DNA of 64,000 nucleotides from Vermamoeba vermiformis (Eukaryota): NCBI GenBank assembly GCA_045837725.1, contig JBEWZL010000302.1, positions 372,001 to 436,000 of the forward strand, read 5' to 3'. Shown piece by piece: positions 51,081 to 64,000 of this stretch (position 1 is its first letter; each line of letters starts with the position of its first letter). The notes under the pieces were generated by a model. It saw only the letters and a program-made list of their open reading frames with translations, ran no database searches and was not told where the DNA came from. The position numbers and the translations under genes were made by a program.

Positions 51081-54000
51081 TTATTGTTTAGTCTCGTTTT
51101 CAAGCCCTCTATTGTACATTTCAGTCAAAGCCTCAACAACTTCTTGGATCGACGGTCTGTTTTCAGGATCTTGGTCCCAACATTGTCTTAATAGCGTTGC
51201 ATAGTCATAAGGACATCCTGCAGGTATAGCTTCACGATTTCCATCGATTACAAATTTAGCAACGTCCCATGAATGACTGAATGCTGTGTACGGTTCTTTT
51301 TGCGAGATCAAGACCCACAATAATACTCCAAAACTGAAGACATCGGCTTTGGTATCGTACCTATAATATAATATTATGAGCAAGTGTTATATAACAAAGA
51401 AATTGGGCCTTGTCAGCGTTAGTTCTAATTTCATTTTGGATCTCGAAAATTTAAAACTGAATTTTAACGAAGAACTTACTTTTTGTTGCTTAATACTTCA
51501 GGGGCCATATAAATAGGTGTTCCAATGCCTTTAGTAAATGTTGCAGCTCGTTGATCTGAAATGGTTCTGGCGGATCCAAAATCGGATAATTTGACAATAG
51601 CGGCGTTAGACTGCAAATCTAATGAGGCTAATAATACGTTCTCGACTTTAATGTCTCTATGCAGCACGTTGTTGTTGTGCAAGAATTGAATGGCTTGAGC
51701 TGTCTCTAACGCGATCCGTAGTTTCATTAAATAAGGCACTGCTTTCTTATGCAACAGCTGTTCTAAACTGCCATTTGGAATGAATTCTGTCACAATAGCT
51801 AATTTTCCTTTCAATTTTGACGCGCCGACGAATGACACGATGTTCTTGTGCCGTAGAATTGACAGCAATTTGATTTCACGTTCAAATTCTTCCAAATTAT
51901 CATCGTCCAATAAATCTTGCATTTTTAGCATCTTTGCAGCAACGATTTGTCCTCTATATTCACCCTACGTGAAATTTTTTTTGTTGATGACAGGTGTCAA
52001 AAGTGTCAAAATGTCACTATGCCTTACCTTAAAGACGATGCCAAATCCACCTTCGCCGATTGGTTTTTCATCGAATTTGATTTCGTCGATGTCAATCCAG
52101 GGTGATAGACGACTGCTCGCGTCAAGTGTCAAGAAGAAATGTTTGTCCAAATCAGGAAACTCGACGCCAATCAGTACACTCACGTTGGTCGTAATGTTCA
52201 TTTTGAACGAGAAATCAACGTCCACTGCCGTTGAATCACGATCTGTCTCGCTATTCGTGCGTCTTTTGCTGCGCGGTTGTAACTCAATTTCATCTGGCTC
52301 AGCTGCAAACGAAAAATTATTGCCAAATTTGGAAAGAAGTAAATTTTCGTGCATGTTCTTACCGGTCAACGTATACTTGTGAGTTTCGGGCACGTGAAAA
52401 ACTATTGTCAGACTCTTCTTCTTGCCCATTTTAAGTAATGGAATGGCCATTTCAGTCGGTGAGTTCGGATCCGGTGTCAACATGTCAAAGTTTGACTTCT
52501 TGCTTTTGACACCTGATTTGGCCACCATAGAGCTCTTCCATCGGATATTAACGGTGTCGTAATATTCCGCGTTAAGATCGAATTGATCTCCGTGACCTCC
52601 GAAGTCAAGCGCGGTCTTCGAGAAAACTATCGGAAGTTTCTCCGCGCTGCATAGTGTCGAAGATTCAGGTGGGACCCAAGTCTTGGAGATCGGGTACAAC
52701 ACTTTGTCGATACCAAATGTGGCCTTTGTGTACGTGATGTTCTTGCGCTCTTTCAATTTTCTTCGTACAATAATGACTGAGGCTATCATTGTACCCACAA
52801 ACACGAGCAAACACGCCACAATGATGAAAATAACCTTCATGAAAAGGGCATTAGAAATGAGACCTGGTGGCATTGGTATGCGATTATAGGGCTTACATAG
52901 CTATCAGACAAATCGACATTGAGCACAACTTCGTTGCTGATTTGATAGCCGGCTGGATTGAATGCAATGACTTGGAACACATTGCCATCCATATCCAGTT
53001 GCGCTTCGCTAATAACATAGGCCGAATCATTGCCACCCTAAACCAACGTTGATTAGTACCTGAGTCAATCGTGCGTTTGAGATGACAGGTGTCATTTTTA
53101 ACTTACCTCTGTGATGTTGACGCCATTTCTAGACCATTGGAACTGAAGTTGATCTTTAGGATAGGCCGTGACAGAAAAGCTAGCAGTTTGACCAGATTTG
53201 ACTCGCACATTTTCGAGTTTTCTATCGAGTGTTGGCGGTCCTAGTAACTTCACAGCAGCCACGATATTTTCGTAGTTTGTGCTGAAGAGTGGATGTCCAA
53301 GTCGCAAAAAGTACTCGCCGACGTGAGACTCGTTCAAACTTGGAATGAACAGTCGCTTGCCGTTGACACCTTCAATGCGAACTCGGTTTTTGAGCCATGA
53401 AAATGTCATTTCTGATTCACTGACAGAGGTGTGAAGTGACACTGAGAGTTCGAGGGGTTGTCCAGCAAAACTATTGACTTGAATGTCGTGGTTGCGGTTG
53501 AACTGAACGTCGGTCACTTCAACAGTAAACGTGACTGGGCCGTATTTTCCAGCAACATTGAGCAAGTCTAAAGTATACGTTCCTTGCGAGGCCGGGGAGG
53601 CACTATCGATTCTATAAACGTTGCTGGTGGAATTCTAAGGCAAGGTCAGTAAAAGTGTTGCAAAATTTAGAGTGAAGCTTACCTGAATTAAGTTGCCATT
53701 GTGATGCCAAATATAGTAAATAAAGCCTCCAGTAGCATTAATAGTGATATTAAACGGCGAGCCAGTGAAAATTCTGTAATTTGGTTCTGGTGGCTTAAGT
53801 ATCTGAGGACTTCTTATGACTGAAATTCTCGTGTCTCGTGTCACAGATCCGGACGGGTTAGCGACAGTCACCGTGTAAACATCACCATCCATTTGCTATC
53901 GATAAGAAAATATTATTATAGACATTACTTATTGCATCGATGACTTACGCTGGTTACTCTGGGAATAAAATAACTGTCGCTGGTGCTATTGACGGGCCGT

Positions 54001-56634
54001 CGTACCACGCCGTTGAGGTACCACGTGTAGACTGGATCATTGCCCACAGCAACCACCCTGACCTCCGCATGCTGATCGATAACGACGTAAGTCACGGGGT
54101 CAAATGTCACGATCTCTGGAGGTCCTCTAACGACCACTCGTGCAGTGTCACTTGTCGCACTGCCAGCAGGGTTGGTGACAGTAACGTAAGCACGGAAATT
54201 TTGTCGAACATCCTTGATCATGATGTACGTGTCAGTGGCGGTGGTTCTGTCAGCAATAATTTCGTACTCGAGTGCAGGTGTCAGGTGCCACTCGAATGTC
54301 AAGCTGCGACCTCTGGCACGAGCCGACAACACGACATTTTGGCCCAAAAATGGAAACGCAGCTGTTGGAGACCGAGAAAATGTCGGTGCTGTCTCTTGCA
54401 CGAGTTGGAATGTCATTGAAGTCACACCATTGGCGTTGTATGCTTCAAACTTGATATCGGCTTCGTTGTCTTGTGCTTGCAAGTTGTGAAATTGCATCGT
54501 CGTTGTGTTGCTGTCAGGAATCAATTCGTTCTCTAAAATGCTCTGTTAATGACTGCCAATGTATACTAAGATTCGGCGCGTACCTCTAAACCATCGAAAA
54601 CTCATTCCGCGGCCTGTGACTGCAACGGTAACGCTCGGAGACTCTCCGATAAAGAATTTAACGGGATCTATGGTCCTAGTAATCCTAGGGGCTGGTTCGG
54701 GAGAGACAGTAATGATGGGGCCGTATGTAGTTCCGGACGGATTTGACGCGACTAATTGATACCTGTCAAAAATGTCATTCAGTGACACGTGTCAAACATT
54801 AATGTGACGTCGACTTACGTGTTGGTTGTCATATCAAATGGCGGGAGGGACAGAATGTACGTATTTTCACCGGGGATGGTTTCATTGTTTCTGAGCCAGC
54901 GAGCAGTGACGTTGTTGCCCAGGACTTCGCGTGACATGTCAATGGCGTAGATTTCGCCTAACAGCAACAATACAGTCCGTGCTCGAGGTCTGCTGAACGC
55001 TGGTGGCTTTTCCACAGTGATCGGGTAGGGAGAAGACAAGACATAGCCGTTAGGATTTGACACGTTGACACGCACTTCAGCTCCGTCTTGGTCCAGTGAA
55101 GCAATCAAGACCGTAATCGGGTTTGCATCACCTCCAGCAGCGATAATCTCGTCGCCCAGGAACCACGTGAAGTTCAGTGAAATGCCATCGAGAATGGTCA
55201 ACGAAAAGTCAACGCTTTGACCGATAAACAGCGCTTGAGTCGTGCTCGGTGTCAGTGCGCCAATGACAGGCGGTGATTGTGCAATAATCAGCGCTGGATT
55301 TGATAACAAGTGGTCTGTTCCATCTTCGACGAGCACTGTGTACCTAGTCCCATTCATGGACCACGTGAACGGGTCTAAAGTGATGCTCGTGCTCGTGGCT
55401 CCCTCGATAAACACGCCGTCGAGTAGCCATTGGTAACTTAAGTTTGTTTCTCCGATTGCAACCACTGACAATGTAGTGACCTCGCCTAAAAATAGGCGCG
55501 TGACGTGTGGTGGTTCTTGCTGAATCACGAACGGGAATATCCGTACTGAGAACGCAATGCTTTTTTCTTGTTTGCAGGCATCTATGACACGCACTGAATA
55601 AATGCCAGTTTGTGCTTGAGTCGCGTTCGTGATCGTGTAAATGTTCCGATCCGCGTCTGTTTCAAGACATTAGTAACCATTCATATGCATCTATATGCTA
55701 TAGTTCTTACTTAACACGGTTGTGCCTCTCTTCCACTCGAAAACTAGGCCAGTGCCACTAGCATCAATGACAATAGTTCGTGTGCCACCGAACAAAACTT
55801 CGACCTCCGGATCTGCAAAGTCAATCGAGAGTGGTCTGCAGACATCCAAGCTGACAATGACTGTTGTCACTGATTTGCCGCACGGGTCAATCGCGCGTGC
55901 AAAATAATTGCCTTCGTTTTCTGGCTGTGCGCTTGCGATCGAATAAACATTCGAATGTGCGTTGGCTATTGCTACACCGTTCAAATACCACTGATACGAC
56001 ACTGCCGTGCCCGAAGCTAAATTTTGTTAAATCAGTCTGACTGGTTCCTAATAAGGAAATTTCCAAAAAAGGAAAAGTAATATTATTTGATTTACCTCGT
56101 GTCAAAAATGTTGCGGGAGTGTTGACAGGTGTCACAACGGCTGTAGGCTGCGTGTCGATCTTTAACGCAGTGCATTGTGCAATTGTAAACGTGTTTGTCT
56201 TCACTTGAACTGGCCTGCAGCTCGCGCCATAATACGTCAAACGGAGAGTATAAGTTCCAGCTGCCTGCTTTACTGTAAAAGTGTATGATTGCGCCGCTGT
56301 TAATCCTATTGACGTGCACGTCGGGACTATTGAAGTTGTGCATAAATCGAGTTTGAATTGTCGGGCTGGTTGGCAATTGGTGAAAGTCCAAGTAACTAAA
56401 ACCGCTTGATTTGTGTAAACTGTGCTTGGAATTGAACTAATCGATTGTCCTATAATTAATTATACGGTTAGTTAAAATAATTGTTGGCTTGGAAATTTTT
56501 GAAACGATTTTGAAATTTTTAGACATCTAGAAGGTTCGGTTATGAAGTGCAACTGAATAATCGTACGTACCATTAATTATATGAAATAAATAAAATAAAA
56601 TAAAGAGCAAAGCCGCAGAACGAGCTGGCGCCAT
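51081..56634 (-). CDS. Receptor kinase: signal peptide, ~11-12 Ig-like domains, TM, TKL-group kinase; multi-exon
   Basis: Ig repeats with YQW/FTW and xGxY motifs; TM VIFIIVACLLVFVGTMIASVIIV; GEGGFG, VAAK, HRDIK, DFG, TFTKGIGTPIYMAPE, DVFSFG. Confidence 0.92.
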
Positions 56635-56847
56635 CTTGATCAGATCCCTCGATCTGCTGTAGAAGAGCAGCTGTATTCAATATAGGCTTAAAATCCTGGT
56701 TAAAATACCCGCGGTGGTATTATACATAAAATAGTTAACATTAATTTATGCGGAGATTGTCGTGTCAAGGATGTCAAAAAACGGGTATTTCGGATGCGGT
56801 CCCAAATCTTCAATAACGAAACTATATTAATACAAACTACGTACACT

Positions 56848-58509
56848 TTATACAAATCGAATTTTCTTCGAAACAGTCTTTTGTTTTTCCTTGTCTCTTT
56901 TGCGCTTCAATTTCGATCTGATCTCGTCTCGTTTTCGTTGTTCCTCTTCACTTTCTTCAAAAGACTCATCGACCGATACAGACTTGATGCCTTTAGTTGG
57001 AGATGATGTGGTAGATGAAGCTTTAATCTCCGATTCATCTGCCTCGTAAGCCTAAATAACGGGTTAGAAGATCGCGGATTCGGTTGTGGTAGACGTACCA
57101 GATCAAATGGGTCGTATTGCGATTGATTTAAAGTAGAATTGAATGTCGAGTTGAATTGAGAAGCACCCATATCATAGCTTTGTGAGGGAGGAAAACTCAA
57201 CGTGGATTCGAAACGCAAACTTGGCTCAGTTTTGACTTCTTGTTTAACCACTGACTTGATAGCTACAGGATCGTATTAGCATAATGTTGTAGTAATTAAT
57301 GGATTAGACGTACCTGGTCTATTTGTACAAAAAGAGTAAAGTTTGCCGCGAGTCTCATCTAAACTGCCTCCGTGAGTCATTTTGCTTTCTTTCAGCAGGT
57401 CATCGAACTCCTATTAAGCAGCTTGTTGGTACATAGATAATATATAGCGATGTTTTACCGACCTGTGAAGCGAGCATTCTTTGTGTAAAGGCTTCTGGAT
57501 CGAATATGTTATTTGTTCCTAAAAGATTAATTAGTTAGTAAAACGATATTATTATGGTGCTATTTACCTCTAGATAATTTAAGATTGTTCTTCTTTAGTT
57601 CTGCTATTTGCATGTCGCGCTCAACGACCATACTTTTCAAGATCTGATTTTGCCGCGCAAGTTCTTTCGACATTAGGAAGAACGGGAACACAAAGTTGTC
57701 GCGAATATATATTGAACTTTGATGGTCCGATAATGGTCTGCATTCGAAGCTCCATTCAAATGGAAAGAAGTCGATTTTTGTCTTCACTGATAAGATCACG
57801 CGATCTCCTGCCTCGTCCACGGCACTTGGCTCGCCAAAGTAATATTTGACAGGGTGAGTTGGCTTGACAACGATCTTTTCTAACAATTTAAGCACGTAGC
57901 GTAGTGAGTCTTGATCCACTGGCTCGTCTTTTGGAATTACGACGGATTTGGAAAGAGGTTGCCTGACTTTGACTGGGCTAGCCTTCTTAATATGCTTCGA
58001 GGTGACATTGGTGGAGTGCGATTGTGACCGACTTAATTTGCTCTTCTTGATTTGCTCGTTGGGCTCGTTGCTATTTTCTTTTTCTCCGTCGGATCCGTTC
58101 AAGTCGTCGCTTGAATTTTGTCTTGATAGCTCCAATTTTGATATTTTTAGTTGCGGCATGAATTTTTTCTTTTGAGTAATCAGCATGTCGATGTTGGAGC
58201 ATTCTGATTCGAAAACGTGGATCATATCCGTAAACAACAGTCTGTAGCCCAATGAATTGCGTTGGCTGAATAATGTACGATATTTGTCGTCTTGATTTGT
58301 TGCCTCAGAGCCCCACGTAATGAGCTTTAACAGGTGGTGGCCGTGATCGTCAATTAAAATTGGAATCCACTCTGAGCCTGAAGAAAAGTGCTCCAAAATT
58401 AATAATTATATGATAATAGTTTTTTGTTAGAATTAAAGCAAAATTGTAAGCAAGATTGGAGTAAAATGATTCGAAACTTACTGATCTGGTTTTCTTTTTG
58501 TGTATTCAT
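56848..58509 (-). CDS. XLF/Cernunnos (NHEJ1)-like non-homologous end-joining factor; multi-exon
   Basis: GYRLLFTDMIHVF..PFEWSFEC..FVFPFFLMSKELARQNQIL..ERDMQI match the XLF head and coil; basic C-terminal KKIRFV resembles a Ku-binding motif. Confidence 0.75.
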
Positions 58510-58999
58510 TTTAAAACATGCACATCTTGCTATTATAATTAATTACAAGTCGTGTTGCGTTCATTTGTGGTTTAGAAATTTAAATGATTCGATTTCATTT
58601 TTTGGCGCGGCCCGACCGTTACAATTTCTTTTTCTTTTTCTGCTTGATAATCAGACCCATTAGTTGCTCAAGATAATATCAAGATGTAACCATTGGATAA
58701 GATAAAGTTGGAAGTCGGCGGATCTAGATCTCGAGTATTCTTCATTTTAGATTTGTGATTCCGTTTGACAAAATTAATTTTAATTGGCACCAATAGAATT
58801 AATATATTTACGAGTAATGACCACGAAAGAATAGAATAAAATTTTTATTTATCAGCTCTTGCGATAGGTAACGCCAAACGGCATCCGAATTTGAATTAAT
58901 TTAAACTTGAATACCAGTATTAATAATAACAGTAAATTTGGAAAAATTAAATTATTGGTGATATATTCTTAATTAATAACAGTGTTATTTTCTAGCGTG

Positions 59000-61900
59000 A
59001 TGGAGCACCCTTATTTAACCAAGATCGACGAGAAGCCAACACCTCGACTTGCAATTCCCGTGCAAAATGGAAATAATGAGGACTCATATCGAGATGCACG
59101 AAGTATACGGGAGCTTAATTCACCGTCGCGACGCAATCTGCAGAATCCGCGACTGCTTCGCAAAAAATCTTTGCGGGCCTTGAAGAACGCACTTCAAAAT
59201 AAGTCAGATATTACTGGATTTAAAGAAATTAGCGGATCTATCGAATTTAAAACGCGAGTATCTGCAATGCTAAATCAGTCCAAAGAAGTACCTGCCTCGC
59301 ACTATCACGACAAATTAGACGATATTAGCAGTCACGATGAAGTATCTAGCGAAGGAAATACTACGCCTAGAAGCAATATATCGAAGCAGACTAACTTCAG
59401 TACGAGCAACAATACCAACGGATCCAGTCACCGTCACGAGCAACCAGACGAACTAGAAGAGCTCGATAAGGACTTTCTTGACCTCGTAGTTGCTAACAGC
59501 GAGGACGCCTATAAATTTGAATCAGATTCGGACGAAGAAACGTCATCGGACGAAGCAGAAGATGACGCAAATGGCGGGGTCGCGGAGTTGTTAAATTCAG
59601 CTCGGTCGGACAAAGAGTTCAAATTGCCCGAGACTTTGACCGCATTAGAGCAACAAGAAATATGCATTAAGGAGATGATATCAACGAGTGATAGGCTTAC
59701 ACTTGAAACGAAAGAAATTATGGTCGATGATTCATTATCGCTTGAACAGAAAATGCAGAAAATTAATTCTTTATTGGACGGTTTCGTAAGTAACAACAAT
59801 TTATTAATATATTTTTAGAATTCTTGATTGAATATTTGAAAAGAATAAAGAGGTTAGAAAAGTATCACGTGCCGCTCACAAAATCAAAGCTGAGCTGGGA
59901 AATCCACGTGATTGGAACGCCGAATATAGAAATATTATGGAGACTAGGCCAAAGACTGTCGATGAGAAGCTCAAGAAGTACAAATCTATCGCAAGGTTGA
60001 CGCAAGATTTCGAGTACACAGGTACGGACCACTTTTCAATGTCAGATCTGCATTAACCAGGTAATTACAATAGCGCAAATGTACGGCAAAATCATCATAT
60101 CCGAGGTCTTCTGGGACAATAAGTACAGGACGATTAAACCGTTGGCTGTGGGCGGTGCAGCGGGTGGTGAAAAGTTCGTGTACAACGGCATTTTGTTCAA
60201 GTTTGCGGTTGATTGGAAACAAATCTATCAAAGTGATCACGCGGCCATGAAAGCAGCTAGTCAAGAGATGTTGTCGCTAATGAGCATTCAAGACGCGGAC
60301 ATTGAAGGAATTTGTACGCCCCTCATGTGTTTGGTACGACTCAGAAGTTTTGTGCTATTGAAATTAACCTTGTAATTAGGTCGATTACCTTGGCTTTCGG
60401 CTCGTTGCTATCTCATTGTTGCCAGTTTCGAGCAGCACACTGATCTACGGCTCTGATGACGGTGGAAAGTACGTAGATTTTTAGTGCGAAGTTGGACTAA
60501 TCACGGTGCAGCGTTGTTCGAGCGATGAACAACGAATTCAATCAAAAAATGATGCAACTGGGCAAGAAATTGAACTTAGCAGAACACTATGCCGGCATGC
60601 GACGTCACTTTGCAAGCACAATATCAATGCCTGCTGACATTGAGGGCCACTTGGGCGAGGACGGTCGGTTCTACTTGTTAGACACTGCGCGCGTCATGCC
60701 TCCAACATTCCCCGACAAATCAGTGCGAGGCAGCTTCTTGTTCAGATTGTTCAGGCCGGAGTTTGTGAAGAGTTATTCGAAGTCCTTAAGTTCAGGTAAA
60801 TAATTTTTGACACTTTGACACGTGTCATTAACATTCGTTTAGACGCATGTAGTCCTGCTTTTGACAAACACGAGCCACGTAGATCAACACACATAGAGAA
60901 CATTAGAATAGCCACGGATTATCTCACAAACAGCGTCATTCCTAAAGCTGTCGTGTGGCTCGATAAACACGCCGAGAAAATGTCAATTAGTGAGATATTG
61001 GAGTACCTCCATGCTTCTGGAATCAATTTCAGGTAAGTATATTACGTTATTAACCTCAGTGATATTAACGCAGCTGCTAGATATTTGCCGTTGGTTCGAA
61101 AACACAGCCTTTCAGCACACCTCAAAATGGTCTTGTTGTTGGAGATGGTAGCACGTGGTATTAAGAACCGGCTATGGTATCTTCTACGTCAAGCCAAGCG
61201 CACATTATTGCAGTAAGTCGCTTCACATTTCCTTTTATGGTAATTTGCCTGACCTCCTTCAGATCCATGGCCGAGCAATCGTACAAAGAATTGATCGCCA
61301 ACACTTGCAATAAGATTTTAGGCGCGTTAGATCCGTTCAAGTCAGAGAAATTTTGGCAAGATTTGCACGGCGTGCTGAAAGAACAATTCGTTGGCTTTCC
61401 GTTCTTTGAAGAGCTCATTCATGATTTGCGTGACCCGAAGACTAAATATGCCTTTGCAATTCTTGAAGGAGTCTGTCCAACTGCCAAGTACGGTGAATTA
61501 AATGTGCCGATGGTCTCGCACAAATGTTTCACTTGTTCTGGCTCCGAAGTAAGTGATATGGATCTGGGTAATGGATCTAACTTCTAAATTAGGAAATTTG
61601 TTCCGTATGCATCACCACGTGTCATATTGCGCATGGCCACGAAGTGTCCAATCAGCCGAAGAGACTGACAGGCTTCATGTGCTCGTGCTCGCAACACGCG
61701 GACAAATGTTACTCGGTCAAACGGCTGTCACAAAATTCCGCGAATTCACACGAGGACGACAATTACTTGGAGATTGATAATCCAATCAGATATTTGATGA
61801 AGAAAATAGGCTTTGATAGACTTTTCAGACGTGTTCAGGTACGCTTTGAAACTTAACGTGTTGGATCTGGGACTTATTATTTTGTCGTAGGAACTCTCTG

Positions 61901-63287
61901 GCATTACTTTTTCTAAGAATTCGTTGGATGAAATAGCCAAGAACGGTGGCAACTATTGCTTTATATTGCCCGACATAGAATCGCTGTCTGCAAAGATCAA
62001 ACGATTGCCTGTAGTTTCCGTAGCTGAATCGAAGAACTTGAAGCTGCGAGCACAGCAATTAAGTAATCCCAAAGAACGCATGGGCTATTTAAAGCAGTCC
62101 ATTGGCATGATTGAAGAAGCTCTACGAATTTATCCTGGAAGGTAAAGGAAAACATTTCCATATTTGGATGCGACTAATCTACCGTTCAGTGAAACGCTAA
62201 TGAATTCGTACGTTGATATTTGTTTGGAGACGGCATTTATAGCAGAAGGAGAACTAGCGGACAAGTTATTTTTCAACGCGATCCGGATCTATCGTGTTTT
62301 GAGGAGCAAAGAAAAAGCAGTTGAATTGTTAGTGCGGATCAAAGAAGACAAAAAAGAAGTGTCGCCGAACATTATACAAAGCTTGTTCGACTTTATTTTC
62401 AACAGATCGATCAGTCCCGTCACAAGAGAAGACGTGCTGTTAGTTGGACTTCACGGATCTGGCCTGCAATCCTTAGCTCTCGATGGATTGTCACTAATAG
62501 ACGACAATATGCTCAAGTTGGTAGGCGTTGGATGTTCACAGATTATTTCTTTGAGCATCGGGTACTGCAACAAAGTGACAGGTAAAGTGTCAAAAAAGTG
62601 TCAAAATCTGTTTTCCGTTATTAATATTATCGTTAGATGAGGGCATCAAATACTTATTCTATCATTGTGGATCTAAGCTCCGAGAGTTGTACATTGACGG
62701 CAACAAGTTGACAGGTAAGTGTCAAAGTGTCACGTTGAATGTCACGTCTAATTTCCCTTTCAGATGCAAGTCTAATCGAGATTTCACAAAAATGTCCTAA
62801 TTTGGTCAATTTGAGCATCGTCACGTGCGAAGGATTCACCGACAAAGGATTCAAAGCCTTGTCTAACTTGAAGTTATTATCGCGACTGAACATGAGCTGG
62901 TGCTCGTACAATCCCAAAATAACCAGCACCAGTCTCAAATCGCTGCTATTGGTCAAAAATAACGTCGACCTCAATGGCGCCAAATCGCTGCTCAAAAATT
63001 GTCCAAATTTGCAGTCTTTAGATCTCAGTTTGTGCAGTCAACTAGGCAACGCAGCGGAATTACTCTCGAGCATTTTATCGCGAGAAAAACTGTCGTACAT
63101 TGGCTTGGAAAAAGTGACGTTCAATTTGACCGAAAAAATTCTCCGAGAGGCCAAAAGAGGAAGTGTCGTTAGCGGAGGTCGAAGAACGATTTTAAGCGAC
63201 AGTATTAGTAGTGATGATGCGTATGGCTTGCAAGAGCTTGGATTTACTATTCAAAAGCCTTATTTAAATAAACCTGGCGTGTCCTAG
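59000..63287 (+). CDS. Clu-domain protein with UBR-type Zn finger and C-terminal LRRs; multi-exon; start uncertain
   Basis: GGAAGGEKF..ILFKFAVD..PLMCLVDYLGFRL..LIYGSDDGG..ADIEGHLGEDGRFYLLDTARVMPP..FRPEFV; CFTC..CSVCITTCH..GH..FMCSC; CPNLxxLxL repeats. Confidence 0.85.
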
Positions 63288-63397
63288 CTGTACAACCTAG
63301 ATCCGATTAATTTACTTAGATCTGTCTTCGGAAAACTCTAAGAAGTATTTTATTAACTAGTATTTATTATAATTTAATTAATAGTAATAGCGTGGTA

Positions 63398-64000
63398 TTA
63401 TATAGTAATTTTGTAGCCCACCATGTTGTTGTAGGGTTGCAGCCAAATAACAAACGAATCGTCGCTGAAACGGGTTATGCGACGCGCAGAAAATCCAACT
63501 TTTCTATCTTTAGTGAATGGTAATCCAAATGATTTGAAGCCTTCAGCTGGTGGAGCAGATCTGAAGTCGAGGATCTTAAAAAAAAAATTATTATAATATT
63601 TTTCAGTCAGATTCGCAAAAAAAAATTTTCTGACAGTAAACGTACTGCAATTCTTTGGTCGTGGACTGAGATGATAATATCGTTACTAAGCCAGAAGAAT
63701 TCAGCTCTGAGTGGCTTCTGGTTCAGCAGCGGATGCACTCGGCTCTGTTTTCTATTAATGCTCTTCTTCTTTTTCTTTTTCTTCTTTTCTGGATCAACGA
63801 CATATTCTTCCACTGGTTCTTCAAGAAATAATATATTTGTTTGTAAAACGGTGGTGTAGTCTTGATCTTTGCCTGATCGTGTACTGGATTTGTCTTTTAA
63901 AGTTATTTGAATGCTCTCTTCTAATGCTTCATATTCTATTATTCTACTTCCATCTGGCGATATTGAAATATCTTCACCGTGGACTTTGATTTGGCGCTGA
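63398..64000 (-). CDS. 3' end of an unidentified multi-exon gene (partial)
   Basis: Open exon with a Lys run, a GT-AG intron, and a final exon ending ..NNMVGYKITI-stop. Confidence 0.55.

Noticed and set aside
1-64000. U12-type introns, alternative genetic code, or bacterial contamination
   Set aside because: The introns I traced are GT-AG without U12 5' consensus (not all were checked); standard stops end the genes; the bacterial-like genes carry spliceosomal introns.

Overview
Gene-dense, intron-rich eukaryotic nuclear DNA with GT-AG introns and the standard code. It is most likely from a bacterivorous amoebozoan, inferred from a Clu-domain protein, an Entamoeba-TMK-like receptor kinase, several Rab32-type GTPases and a sedolisin. 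By manual splicing I find about 27 protein-coding genes (two truncated by the window edges) and four tRNA genes. Highlights: (1) a 7-exon secreted bacterial-type M15/VanY peptidoglycan Zn-peptidase that the ORF track misses; (2) a four-tRNA cluster (Val, Val, Gln, Pro) nested in one 1.9-kb intron of a histidine-phosphatase gene; (3) a dispersed, mostly intronic palindrome TGACA[C/G]GTGTCA plus TGACAC tandem half-sites; (4) an F-box-rich block with two tandem F-box-SNF2 genes (one lacking motif VI arginines) and three LRR proteins with C-terminal F-box-like motifs; (5) a frameshifted virus-like Zn-ribbon/GIY-YIG gene, a planctomycete TIGR03067-like secreted protein, and an Ig-repeat receptor kinase. 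All family calls come from motif recognition by eye, with no database searches. Gene spans include introns.
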